Assembly (NCBI GenBank): GCA_049643885.1 | Contig: JBARQV010000015.1 | Span: 75,430-139,429 of the forward strand | Origin: Candidatus Omnitrophota bacterium | GTDB lineage: Bacteria; Omnitrophota; Gorgyraeia; Tantalellales; Tantalellaceae | Direction: 5' to 3' | DNA: 64,000 nt | Shown here: positions 8,074 to 17,255 of the stretch, in pieces | How the letters are laid out: every line of letters begins with the position of its first letter | Position numbering within the stretch: the first letter of the stretch is position 1 | Notes under the pieces: generated by a model | The model's input: only the letters and a program-made list of their open reading frames with translations | Databases searched by the model: none | What the model was told of the DNA's origin: nothing | Made by a program: the position numbers and the translations under genes

Positions 8074-8893
8074 AAAAGCGGCGAAATACGGTCTTCTTGA
8101 GGATATCCTGAAAGACATGGAAAGCGCGGTCGTTGCTTTCTCCGGCGGCGTGGACAGCACTTTTCTCCTCAAGGCTGCGTCCCTGGTTTTAAAAGATAAG
8201 GTCATGGCGGTCACCGCGCGTTCTCCCATTCGATGCAGGGAGGAACTTGAAAGGGCCGGACGGATCGCCGCCGGATTCGGCGTCAGACACATGATTTTAG
8301 ATTTTCCCGGACTTGAAGATAAAAACCTGGCCAATAATTCGATCGAAAGATGTTATCACTGCAAGAAGAAGCTTTTGACAAGGCTGGCAGAGGTCGCTGG
8401 GGAACATGGGTTTAATCACGTCGCGGAAGGGTCTAACGCGGATGACGATAAGAGTTTCAGGCCCGGATCAAAAGCCATAAAAGAACTCAAGGTAAGAAGC
8501 CCCTTGAAAGAAGCCGGCTTTTCAAAAAACGATATACGGACTTTTTCAAAAGAGATGGGACTCGAGACCTGGGATGCTTCTCCGCAAAGCTGCCTTTTGA
8601 CGAGGTTCCCTTATGATGAAAAAGTATCTGCTCTGGACCTGGAGAGGGTCGGGGAAGCGGAACGCTTTCTGGCCGGCTTGGGTTTCAGGCAGGTCAGGGT
8701 CCGCGTCTATGGCGACCTGGCAAGGATCGAAGTCCCTCTTCAAACGATAGGCGCGGCTGCGGATAAAGGCCCTTCCGAAAAAATAATCAAAAAATTGAAA
8801 GCGCTGGGCTATAAATATATTACGCTTGACCTGGAAGGATACAGGACAGGAAGCATGGATCATGGAACAGAGGCGAAAGACAGGCATGGATAG
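8060..8893 (+). CDS. larE: LarE, ATP-dependent sacrificial sulfur transferase (PP-loop ATPase) for nickel-pincer nucleotide cofactor
   Basis: PP-loop SGGVDS; conserved Cys in SPQSCLLTRFP; about 277 aa. Confidence 0.8.
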   Translation: MLNHKKAAKYGLLEDILKDMESAVVAFSGGVDSTFLLKAASLVLKDKVMAVTARSPIRCREELERAGRIAAGFGVRHMILDFPGLEDKNLANNSIERCYHCKKKLLTRLAEVAGEHGFNHVAEGSNADDDKSFRPGSKAIKELKVRSPLKEAGFSKNDIRTFSKEMGLETWDASPQSCLLTRFPYDEKVSALDLERVGEAERFLAGLGFRQVRVRVYGDLARIEVPLQTIGAAADKGPSEKIIKKLKALGYKYITLDLEGYRTGSMDHGTEAKDRHG

Positions 8894-9632
8894 GGAAAAA
8901 ATAAAGAATATATTAAACGACGTGAAAAGCGGTGATGTCGGGATAGACCAGGCCCTGGAAGCCTTCAAGGGGTTCCCATATGACGATATAGGTTTCGCCA
9001 AAATAGACACGCACCGTGACTTGAGGAAAGGTTTTCCGGAAGTGATCTTTTGCGAAGGCAAGACGCTCAAACAGGTGACAGGCATTTTTACAAAAAGCAG
9101 ACACTCCAAGGCGATAATGGCCACCAGGGCCAACCGTGGGATATATAATGCCATAAAGAAAGTAAAAAAAGACGCTGTATATTATAAAGATGCCAGGATC
9201 GTATTTTCCGGCAAGAAAAGAAGAAAAGAAGGGGGGAAAATACTGGTCGTAAGTGCGGGGACCGCTGATATTCCGGTCGCTGAAGAGGCCGCGGTGACCG
9301 CCGAGATCACGGGTAATCCGGTGGAGCGGGTCTATGATATCGGGGTCGCGGGGATCCATAGGGTATTTTCAAACCGCAAGAAGTTGACAGCCGCCAATGT
9401 GCTCATCGTGGTCGCAGGCATGGAAGGGGCCTTGGCCAGCATAGTAGGAGGGCTGGTGGCTCGCCCCGTTATTGCGGTGCCTACCAGTGTGGGATACGGC
9501 GCGAATTTTAAGGGACTGGCTCCGCTTCTTGCGATGCTGAACTGTTGCGCTCCCGGGGTCGCGGTAGTGAATATCAATAACGGGTTCGGCGCGGGTTACA
9601 TGGCCGGCCTTATAAACAGGGCGGGGGAATAG
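8886..9632 (+). CDS. larB: LarB, pyridinium-3,5-biscarboxylic acid mononucleotide synthase (PurE-like carboxylase/hydrolase)
   Basis: PurE-like C-terminal half ILVVSAGTADIPVAEEA...VIAVPTSVGYG...VNINNGFGAGY. ATG overlaps the larE stop by 8 nt (ATGGATAG). Supplied ORF starts further upstream at 8826. Confidence 0.8.
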   Translation: MDREKIKNILNDVKSGDVGIDQALEAFKGFPYDDIGFAKIDTHRDLRKGFPEVIFCEGKTLKQVTGIFTKSRHSKAIMATRANRGIYNAIKKVKKDAVYYKDARIVFSGKKRRKEGGKILVVSAGTADIPVAEEAAVTAEITGNPVERVYDIGVAGIHRVFSNRKKLTAANVLIVVAGMEGALASIVGGLVARPVIAVPTSVGYGANFKGLAPLLAMLNCCAPGVAVVNINNGFGAGYMAGLINRAGE

Positions 9633-9634
9633 AG

Positions 9635-10804
9635 ATGAAAGTGGCTTTTTTTGATTGTTTTTCAGGTATAAGCGGGGATATGGTCCTGGGGGCCCTGGTC
9701 GATTTGGGCATCGAACTAGGATTTCTCGAATCGGAACTGGCAAGTCTCGGTCTTGAAGGATACAAGATAAGGCACGATAAGGCCGTTCGCAGGGGGATAT
9801 CAGGCAGTAAGGTGAAGGTAGAGGACACGGCTCGCCGGACCGAGAGAAGTTATAAAGATATAGTCGGGCTTATCGAAGAAAGCAGGCTAAGCTCCGGGGT
9901 GAAGACAACGAGCCTGAAGATATTTAAAAACCTGGCCATAGTCGAAGGGAAGATCCACGGTATGGATCATGAAGAGGTCTCTTTCCATGAGATAGGGGGA
10001 ACGGATTCGATAATCGATATAGTAGGAACGGCGGTAAGCCTTGAAAAACTCGGCATAGAAAGAGTGTATTCGTCAAAAGTCCATGTGGGAAGAGGTTTTG
10101 TCGAGTGCGGGCACGGGAAATTACCTGTACCCGCACCCGCGACTCTGGAGCTCCTGGAAGGGATCCCCGTCTACTCTACGGGCATAGAGGGTGAACTTGT
10201 GACCCCTACCGGAGCCGCGATCCTTAAAAGCGTATCCCGTGGTTTCGGGAATATGCCCGAGATGAAGATCGGCCGTGTAGGATACGGGGCCGGGGACAAA
10301 GACTATAATATACCCAATCTTTTAAGGGTCGTCATTGGCGAAGCATCCATAAGTGGATATGATGCGGACAGGGTTTTTCTCGTTGAGACGAATATTGACG
10401 ACATGAATCCTGAGTTCTTCGGCCATATCTTTTCGTTGTTGGAGAAAGAAGGATGTTTGGATGTTTTTATGACCCCTGTATATATGAAAAAGAACAGGCC
10501 GGCTACGCTTCTTAGCGTCCTGGCGGGGCCGGAAAAGCTTGATGATATTTTGTCGGTAATATTTTCCGAGACGACTTCAATAGGAGTAAGGATCAGGGAA
10601 GTCGAAAGAAGAAAGCTGTCCCGGCAGAAGATATCGGTAATGACCGAATTCGGGGAGATAGAGGTGAAGGTGGGCAGGATGGACGGTGAGATCAAAAATA
10701 TCGCTCCCGAATATGAATCCTGCAGGAAGATCGCCCTGGAAAAAAGGGTGCCTTTAAAAGATGTGTACGATGCGGCGAAGAAGGCTGATATGCCCGTGAA
10801 ATGA
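9635..10804 (+). CDS. larC: LarC, CTP-dependent nickel insertase (DUF111)
   Basis: N-terminus MKVAFFDCFSGISGDM is diagnostic of the LarC family. 389 aa. Confidence 0.85.
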   Translation: MKVAFFDCFSGISGDMVLGALVDLGIELGFLESELASLGLEGYKIRHDKAVRRGISGSKVKVEDTARRTERSYKDIVGLIEESRLSSGVKTTSLKIFKNLAIVEGKIHGMDHEEVSFHEIGGTDSIIDIVGTAVSLEKLGIERVYSSKVHVGRGFVECGHGKLPVPAPATLELLEGIPVYSTGIEGELVTPTGAAILKSVSRGFGNMPEMKIGRVGYGAGDKDYNIPNLLRVVIGEASISGYDADRVFLVETNIDDMNPEFFGHIFSLLEKEGCLDVFMTPVYMKKNRPATLLSVLAGPEKLDDILSVIFSETTSIGVRIREVERRKLSRQKISVMTEFGEIEVKVGRMDGEIKNIAPEYESCRKIALEKRVPLKDVYDAAKKADMPVK

Positions 10805-10847
10805 GGTTGTCTTCTTCGGTGATTATATGTATCATAAAGAAAGCAAT

Positions 10848-11126
10848 ATGAGTAACGCCAGGAAGCATGTTTTGATATCGGGTATGGTCCAGGGGGTCTT
10901 TTTCCGTTCTTATGCTCAGGAAAGGGCGCAAGGCCTGGGAGTTACGGGTTGGGTCAAGAATCGCTGGGATGGAAAGGTGGAAGCGATATTTGAAGGGGAA
11001 AAATCCGCTGTTGACATGATGGTCAAATGGTGTCACGAAGGTCCGCCATCGGCGCATGTCAGCGATGTCGATGCCGTGACTGAAAATTACACCGGGGAAT
11101 TTGATTCATTTAATGTTGAATTTTAA
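10848..11126 (+). CDS. acyP: acylphosphatase
   Basis: VQGVFFRSY...GWVKNRWDGKVEAIFEG motif pattern. About 92 aa from the internal Met. Confidence 0.75.
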   Translation: MSNARKHVLISGMVQGVFFRSYAQERAQGLGVTGWVKNRWDGKVEAIFEGEKSAVDMMVKWCHEGPPSAHVSDVDAVTENYTGEFDSFNVEF

Positions 11127-11151
11127 CGTGGTCTCATTAAAAAGGAGGTAG

Positions 11152-11355
11152 ATGATGAAGAAGGTTCTTGCTTTTATCATAGCAGCAATGCTGGTCATGG
11201 GCAGCGCGCCCGCGTTTGCCGAAGGTTTTTTTCAGGGGTGTTATGACTTTTTCGGCGGTAAGGGAAAGAAAAGCGAGGAGAAGGTCCAAAAGGAGAAAAA
11301 AACGACTGAAACAAAGTCGGAGGGCTCTACGAAACGCTCGTCGTGTATAAAGTAA
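11152..11355 (+). CDS. small secreted protein, Lys/Glu-rich (hypothetical)
   Basis: Signal peptide MMKKVLAFIIAAMLVMGSAPAFA. AAAGGAGG Shine-Dalgarno upstream. Confidence 0.45.
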   Translation: MMKKVLAFIIAAMLVMGSAPAFAEGFFQGCYDFFGGKGKKSEEKVQKEKKTTETKSEGSTKRSSCIK

Positions 11356-11361
11356 AACAAC

Positions 11362-12099
11362 ATGAAATACAAAACAGTATATATTTTTGCGGGAGTCCTT
11401 CTCTGCCTGGTCGCGGTAGCCGTGGTCATGCGGCATTTAAGGATTCCCGCAAAAAAAGGTCTTGTGATATGGAAAGAGGATTTCAGTAAGGCCTCCAGGC
11501 AAGGCGGATCCCTTCTCCCGGAAGGATGGCAACTGAGCAAAAAACCGGGGACCAGGCCCGCTATATTCTCGATAGTTAAGGATCGGTCCGGGGATCATTC
11601 TTATCTTCACATGGAGGCGGTAAAGGGGAGCGCTACGTTGCTTTCCAGGCTTAACGGTGTTGACCTGAATAAAACGCCGATCTTACGGTGGAAGTGGAGA
11701 GCCCCCGTGTTGCCGGATGGCGCCAACGGCAAAATAGGGGCTAAAGATGATCAGGCCATCGGGATCTATGTGGGGACAGGGACAATGTTGAATAAAAAGA
11801 GCATATCATACCGGTGGGATACGGAAACGCCTAAGGGAGCGACGGGGGACAGTGTATACGGTGGGGGGACGGTCAAGGTGAAATGGTATACGCTGCGAAA
11901 TAAAGAGGACGCCAAAAATGGACAATGGATCGTCGAGGAGCGTAATTGCGCCGAAGACTTTAAAAGGGCCTGGGGGTTCTATCCCCGTAAGATTTATCTA
12001 GGCATTTCCTGTAATAGCCAGTATACTAGAACAAAGGCAGCGGCCGACCTGGACTGGGTAGAATTTTTGTCTGCTGCAGATAAAGGCAAATCAGATTGA
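11362..12099 (+). CDS. membrane-anchored hypothetical protein, DUF3047-like (tentative); paralog of 27452-28267
   Basis: N-terminal transmembrane segment. Shares a WKWR...KDD...YRW...EERN..DF motif series with the ORF at 27452. Confidence 0.5.
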   Translation: MKYKTVYIFAGVLLCLVAVAVVMRHLRIPAKKGLVIWKEDFSKASRQGGSLLPEGWQLSKKPGTRPAIFSIVKDRSGDHSYLHMEAVKGSATLLSRLNGVDLNKTPILRWKWRAPVLPDGANGKIGAKDDQAIGIYVGTGTMLNKKSISYRWDTETPKGATGDSVYGGGTVKVKWYTLRNKEDAKNGQWIVEERNCAEDFKRAWGFYPRKIYLGISCNSQYTRTKAAADLDWVEFLSAADKGKSD

Positions 12100-12914
12100 T
12101 GTTTACCGAAAAACTTTCCCAGCGTTTGATAAAAACGCCTGTGCTTGTTGAGGCGAAGAACTTTCTGGTCAAGCTGGCGGAAAACCAGGAAGAGGTCGAA
12201 GACGCAATGCGCCTCCGTTATGAAGTCTTTAACCTCGAGCAGCAAAGAGGCCTCAAAAGCGCGGAAGAATTCTGCATTGATTCTGACGAGTTTGATCATT
12301 ATTGCCTGCACATAATGGTCATGGATAAATGGTCCCGCCGCGTGCTTGGCACCTACCGGATCCATTTCGGGGTAGTGGCGAACTCCGCGAAAGGATTTTA
12401 CTCCTCAAGAGAATTCGATATAAGGGGCATTGAAAGTATCTCCGATAAATGCATGGAGCTGGGGCGGTCCTGCGTGTCTCCTGAATTTCGCACCGGGAGC
12501 GTGATATCTCTTCTTTGGAAGGCGATCTCGGAACTACTGATCAGAACGAATTTCACGTACATGATAGGATGCGTAAGCCTGGATGAAACAGACCCGCGAA
12601 TAGGGTGGGCTTTGTACGAATATTTCAGGAAGACCTGCTCGATGTCCGGCTATCTTACCGCTGTTCCGCACCCGGAATTCAGGTTTGATCGTCCTCCGGA
12701 TAAAGAAATAGAGAAGATCCTGGCGGATGAGACCTCGCTCAAAAAATACATGCCGCCGCTCTTCAGGGGTTATATGCGCCTTGGCGCGCAGATCTGCGGA
12801 GTGCCGGCGCTGGACAGGGATTTCGGGACCATGGATTTCCTCATGGCGGCCGATACCAGGAATCTTCCCGAGAGGTATGTCCGGCATTTCAATTACGTAA
12901 GGAAACCAGACTAA
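12099..12914 (+). CDS. olsB: OlsB-like N-acyltransferase (GNAT/Acetyltransf_5), first step of ornithine/aminolipid synthesis
   Basis: LRYEVFNLEQ...DEFDHYCLHIMVMD...VLGTYRI matches the OlsB family hallmark. ATGA overlap with the upstream stop codon. Confidence 0.7.
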   Translation: MFTEKLSQRLIKTPVLVEAKNFLVKLAENQEEVEDAMRLRYEVFNLEQQRGLKSAEEFCIDSDEFDHYCLHIMVMDKWSRRVLGTYRIHFGVVANSAKGFYSSREFDIRGIESISDKCMELGRSCVSPEFRTGSVISLLWKAISELLIRTNFTYMIGCVSLDETDPRIGWALYEYFRKTCSMSGYLTAVPHPEFRFDRPPDKEIEKILADETSLKKYMPPLFRGYMRLGAQICGVPALDRDFGTMDFLMAADTRNLPERYVRHFNYVRKPD

Positions 12915-12920
12915 AAGATC

Positions 12921-13718
12921 ATGTCTTTTTTTCGGCGTTTATACCGTATTACAGCTATTACAGGATGGCTTTTCTTTGTCATTCTTTTATCCCTGCCGCA
13001 TCACTTCAGGGGGTGGAAGGGGACCAAAAGAATGAACCAGGTCGTTAATTTGTGGTGCCGGGGCGTGGCCAGGATCATCAATATGCGGATCAGGATATCC
13101 GGCGATATGCCGGACGGTTCTGCGGGCTTGGTAGTTTCAAATCACCTGGGCTATATAGACATAATCACTCACGGTGCGGTTTTCTCTTTGCGTTATTCTC
13201 CGAAGTCGGACATCGCCAAGTGGCCTTTCGTGGGATGGGTCGTGGGTTTGAGCCATCCGGTCTGGATCGACAGAAGCTTTAAACAGGCGACAGGAAAGGC
13301 GCTGGATGAATTCATGCAGACCCTGAAACACGGCATGAGCCTCATCGTCTACCCGGAGGGGACAAGTTCGGATGGCAAGAGCGGCATCCTTCCTTTCAAG
13401 TCCGCGCTGTTTGAATCAGCAGTAAAGGGGGATATTCCCGTTTATCCTGTCCTTACGCGTTATCGCGAGGCGCCGGGCAGGGGTGAGGTCGCGTGGTACG
13501 GAGACATGACGTTTCTTCCGCACTTATGGCGGGTTCTAGGGCTTCCGTCCATTGAATCGGAATTACATCTTCTTCCGCCGGTTTTTTCGGAAGGAAGATC
13601 CAGGAAGGAAATGGCTTCTTACGTCCGCGATACGATGTTAAAGGAAAATAATAGGATCACAAGGAGGAATTATGTTATCCAAGCGGGATCTCATAAGGAT
13701 CTTATGCAAGTACCCTGA
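12921..13718 (+). CDS. olsA: OlsA-like lyso-aminolipid O-acyltransferase (PlsC/LPLAT family)
   Basis: HX4D motif VSNHLGYIDI; PEGTSS motif. Sits immediately downstream of the olsB-like gene. Confidence 0.7.
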   Translation: MSFFRRLYRITAITGWLFFVILLSLPHHFRGWKGTKRMNQVVNLWCRGVARIINMRIRISGDMPDGSAGLVVSNHLGYIDIITHGAVFSLRYSPKSDIAKWPFVGWVVGLSHPVWIDRSFKQATGKALDEFMQTLKHGMSLIVYPEGTSSDGKSGILPFKSALFESAVKGDIPVYPVLTRYREAPGRGEVAWYGDMTFLPHLWRVLGLPSIESELHLLPPVFSEGRSRKEMASYVRDTMLKENNRITRRNYVIQAGSHKDLMQVP

Positions 13719-14061
13719 GCTTGTTGAGCATGGTTATACGGTCAGGGAATGTAATGCCGACCTGTACGGACAGGAAGTGGACATGCTCATGGAAGACCAG
13801 TTCAGGAAAAAGCTGGTTGTCCAGGTCAGGACCGACCCGATAAAGGAAGAAAATCTTGGCGAGGTCCTTTCGTATCAGGAAGCGATACTGTCCGGTGAGG
13901 CTCCCAATGTAAGCGTGATGCTTATCGCCATAAAGATCCCTCCTCACCTCCAGAAGACATTCGATCACAATGGTGTGGCCTGGAAGGAGGTCACCCTGTT
14001 CCAGATCGAGGAACATCTGAGCAGCAAAGGGGACATGGAGCTGCTTAAACTTCTAAAGTAA
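13672..14061 (+). CDS. hypothetical protein, possible degenerate PD-(D/E)XK/NucS-like fold
   Basis: AGGAGG Shine-Dalgarno. GQEVDMLMEDQFRKKLVVQVRTD resembles NucS GxxDLLAxD..LVVIELK with Q/R substitutions. Overlaps the 3' end of olsA. Confidence 0.4.
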   Translation: MLSKRDLIRILCKYPELVEHGYTVRECNADLYGQEVDMLMEDQFRKKLVVQVRTDPIKEENLGEVLSYQEAILSGEAPNVSVMLIAIKIPPHLQKTFDHNGVAWKEVTLFQIEEHLSSKGDMELLKLLK

Positions 14062-14065
14062 AGTC

Positions 14066-14842
14066 ATGTTAAGAAAGTCATTGATCCTTATTGTGCTCAG
14101 CCTGGCGATTTTCCGGAGTGCCTTCGCAGGTCAAGACCAGGGACCCGATATCGTCACATTGCACCTGAAGACCGGCGGCCGGATCAATGGGGTCATCATA
14201 CAGGAGACCGAAGAAGGGATGATCATAGATCCCGGCTACGGCACTGTGGTGATGTCTAAAAGCGAGATAGAAAGGATAGTGAGACCGGAAACCGGCGACA
14301 AGCAGGATATGTTGAGATCCTGGAGAAGAAAAAAGATCATTACCGAAAGGGCCGGGGCGTCCAGGGAGAGAAAAAGAAATCTGGAGGAATTTTACAGGCG
14401 GGAAGAAGAGAATATCAGGACCAAAAGAGAGAGGGCAGAGAGAGTAAGGAAAGAAAAAGAGCACAGGATAAGTTTTACAGATAGCTCGAAAATCGTGGTG
14501 GATGCGGTCCTGAACGGTGAAGTCGAGACCCTGCTCCTTGTGGATACCGGCGCTAATTCGGTCCTTATACCGATGGATGTCGCGGAAAAACTCCGCGGAG
14601 CAGTAAGGAAGCATTCAAAAACCGTCAAGGTTAAGCTGGCCGACGGGACCGTCAGGGAAGGAGTGCCGTTCGTTCTTGGATCTGTCGAGATAAACGGCAT
14701 AAAAGCGGAGAATGTGGATGCCATTGCCATGGACATGCAGGACATGGAAGGAAGGCACGGTTTACTGGGCATGTCATTCCTGAACAAGTTCTACCTCAAG
14801 ATCGATTTTGAGAATAATGAGTTGATATTAAAAAAGAAATAG
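14066..14842 (+). CDS. secreted retropepsin-like (clan AA) aspartic protease
   Basis: Signal peptide. Charged coiled-coil linker. C-terminal LLLVDTGANSVLIP with the DTGA catalytic motif, plus a GLLGMSFL flap-like element. Confidence 0.65.
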   Translation: MLRKSLILIVLSLAIFRSAFAGQDQGPDIVTLHLKTGGRINGVIIQETEEGMIIDPGYGTVVMSKSEIERIVRPETGDKQDMLRSWRRKKIITERAGASRERKRNLEEFYRREEENIRTKRERAERVRKEKEHRISFTDSSKIVVDAVLNGEVETLLLVDTGANSVLIPMDVAEKLRGAVRKHSKTVKVKLADGTVREGVPFVLGSVEINGIKAENVDAIAMDMQDMEGRHGLLGMSFLNKFYLKIDFENNELILKKK

Positions 14843-14853
14843 GGGCCCAAGAA

Positions 14854-15105
14854 ATGGTCGATATCACCTTTTTGCCGGTTTTTGTATTCATCGGGATAAT
14901 CAATCTTTTCATAGGGTCATTCCTGTTTTTGAAACCGGAACTGTCCATCGAGATCCAGATAAGATTTTATGAGAAGATAAACTGGCGGATCGAGCCGATT
15001 TCCATGAGAAAAGAGGTAAGGAATACAAGGCTCATGGGGATATTACTGATCGCCGTCACTTCGGTGCTCCTAGTCTGTGCCTTGACCCAGAAAATAAATA
15101 TCTAG
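14854..15105 (+). CDS. small membrane protein, hypothetical
   Basis: Two predicted transmembrane helices. Confidence 0.35.
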   Translation: MVDITFLPVFVFIGIINLFIGSFLFLKPELSIEIQIRFYEKINWRIEPISMRKEVRNTRLMGILLIAVTSVLLVCALTQKINI

Positions 15106-15115
15106 CAAAGACCCG

Positions 15116-16447
15116 TCAAATTTTTTTAGAAATAAGATAGACAGGTACCCCGCTGAGCATCAGGCAGATCCCCAGAAGAGATGACATGGGATGATGGATA
15201 ACGGTATTTACCACCAGCCATACGCAGGTCAGCGTGAATATAACAGGCGTCAACGGATACCCCCAGACCTTAAAAGGCCTTTCAATGTCCGGATATTTCC
15301 GCCGCAGGATAAAGACCCCCGCTCCGGTCAGGCCGAAAAAGAACCAGATCAGAACGCCCGTGAAGAAGATCAGTTTTGCGAAAGTCCCCCACATTATTAA
15401 AAGAACGATCCAGAGAGCGTTCGCGGCAATGGACCTGTGAGGGGTATGAAATCTTTCATGGACCTTGCCCAGGTATCGAAAAACCGCGTTGTCCCTGGCC
15501 ATGGCGAAAGTGATCCGGCTTGAAGTGATGATCATTCCATTGATAGCTCCGAACGCGGAGATCACTACCAGCGCCTCGACCGTTTTGCTCGCCCATTTTC
15601 CCAGAAGTATCTGCATCACGTTTGAAGTGATCAATTCCGATTCAGCAATTCTTTCTACCGGGACAAGATAGATATAGACAAGGTTCATGAGCATGTAAAG
15701 CGCGGTGATTATCAAGGTTCCCCCCAGAAGCGCCACGGGGAGAACTTTCCGGGGATCCTTTGTCTCGCCGGTGACGTATGTGTTTTCATGCCATCCACCG
15801 TATGTCCAAAGAATCGGTATAAGCGCCAGCCCGAATAAAGGCAGTGTTGATATGCCGGTGGAGAGGTGCGTGGACCGGAAATTAGAGATATCGCCTTTTG
15901 GGGAAAGGAACCCCAGGACTATGATCGCGGCCAGGGTCAGGACCTTGGCTATGGCTGCCGCGTTCTGAAGCGATTTACCTTTGCGAAGCCCCAGGATATT
16001 GATCAAGGAAAGAACAAGCACTGTGATGACTGCTGTGATCTTTATCAGTGAGGTTCCCAGGGCCAGGAAGGATACCAGATATTCGGCGAAGATAAAAGCG
16101 ATAGCTGCGATCGCGCCTGTCCGCATGACCACGAGACACGTCCATCCGTAAAGGAAACCCGTCAAGCGGCCGTAACTGTTCTTAAGATAGACGTAATCAC
16201 CGCCGGTCTCCGGGAAAGAAGAAGAAAGTTCCGAATAGCAGCTGGCGCCCATAAGGGAAAAGACCCCGCCTACAAGCCAGGCCAGGAGGATCAATCCCGG
16301 CGAAAAAAGATATTTGCCGACTTCGGAGGGGACGCGGAATATACCGACGCCGACGACAATTCCGATCACCAGGGCTACGGAATCCCACAAACCTAGGACT
16401 TTTAACAGTCCCGGACTCTCGTTTGAAGATGTTTTTACGTTCTCCAT
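15116..16447 (-). CDS. APC-family amino acid/polyamine permease
   Basis: 12 transmembrane segments. The G(I/V)F.....SE N-terminal signature region GVGIFRVPSEV is typical of the APC superfamily. Confidence 0.8.
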   Translation of the reverse strand: MENVKTSSNESPGLLKVLGLWDSVALVIGIVVGVGIFRVPSEVGKYLFSPGLILLAWLVGGVFSLMGASCYSELSSSFPETGGDYVYLKNSYGRLTGFLYGWTCLVVMRTGAIAAIAFIFAEYLVSFLALGTSLIKITAVITVLVLSLINILGLRKGKSLQNAAAIAKVLTLAAIIVLGFLSPKGDISNFRSTHLSTGISTLPLFGLALIPILWTYGGWHENTYVTGETKDPRKVLPVALLGGTLIITALYMLMNLVYIYLVPVERIAESELITSNVMQILLGKWASKTVEALVVISAFGAINGMIITSSRITFAMARDNAVFRYLGKVHERFHTPHRSIAANALWIVLLIMWGTFAKLIFFTGVLIWFFFGLTGAGVFILRRKYPDIERPFKVWGYPLTPVIFTLTCVWLVVNTVIHHPMSSLLGICLMLSGVPVYLISKKI

Positions 16448-16558
16448 GAACCCTTAAGTAGTAACTTGCTATTTTCAACGACAATTACTATAATTATACC
16501 ATGAGACTATACATCGGGAGTGAAATTCACCTTTCTTAAACTCAAGGAGGTAGATGCA

Positions 16559-16951
16559 ATGGCAGAGATCAAGGACCTTTTTCAGGGCGCGGACTGGAAG
16601 ACCGAAAAACATGTTCCGGTCATTGAGGCCCCTGAAAAAGCGGCAAAAGGGGAGCTTTTGAAAGTTACTGTATCGGTGGGTAAGGAAGTCGCGCATCCGA
16701 ACAAGACCGAACATCATATAAGGTGGATATCAGTCTATTTCCTTCCTGAAGGGGAGAAGTTTCCATCCCAGGTAGGTAATTTCGAATTTACCGCTCATGG
16801 AGAATCCGTTCAAGGGCCGGATACAGGTCCGGTATATACTCACCCGGAAGCGACCCTGAGCTTTAAGACCGAGAAGAGCGGGACGATATTGGCATCGTCC
16901 TATTGTAATGTCCATGGACTATGGCAAAGTTCAAAGAATATTAACGTTTAA
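16559..16951 (+). CDS. superoxide reductase (neelaredoxin-type 1Fe-SOR)
   Basis: KHVPVIE and CNVHGLW Fe-binding motifs. AGGAGG Shine-Dalgarno 8 nt before the ATG at 16559. Confidence 0.8.
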   Translation: MAEIKDLFQGADWKTEKHVPVIEAPEKAAKGELLKVTVSVGKEVAHPNKTEHHIRWISVYFLPEGEKFPSQVGNFEFTAHGESVQGPDTGPVYTHPEATLSFKTEKSGTILASSYCNVHGLWQSSKNINV

Positions 16952-16963
16952 CGGAGAAGAAAT

Positions 16964-17239
16964 ATGGGTCCAGATGAAGTAAAGAGTTCAGAATCGCAAA
17001 GCGGCGTCCCGGATCTTCTGGAGACGGCCAGCGAATACGGTTTCTGGTGGACTATCCAGAAGATAACGCTTCTTATGTGTATCTTTCTCCTGGTCCTGGG
17101 CATCATTGTCAGCTGGATTTTCGTGCTATTTTCATTCCTGTTTCTCGGGTTCAACCTGTTCGCGAATTTTAAAAGAATAAGATCGCTGCGTAAGCTGGAG
17201 AGTTCGGGACTGAAATTTAACCCAAACCTGGGCCGCTAA
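16964..17239 (+). CDS. small membrane protein, hypothetical
   Basis: Two transmembrane helices. Confidence 0.35.
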   Translation: MGPDEVKSSESQSGVPDLLETASEYGFWWTIQKITLLMCIFLLVLGIIVSWIFVLFSFLFLGFNLFANFKRIRSLRKLESSGLKFNPNLGR

Positions 17240-17255
17240 GTATAACCCCAGGGCC

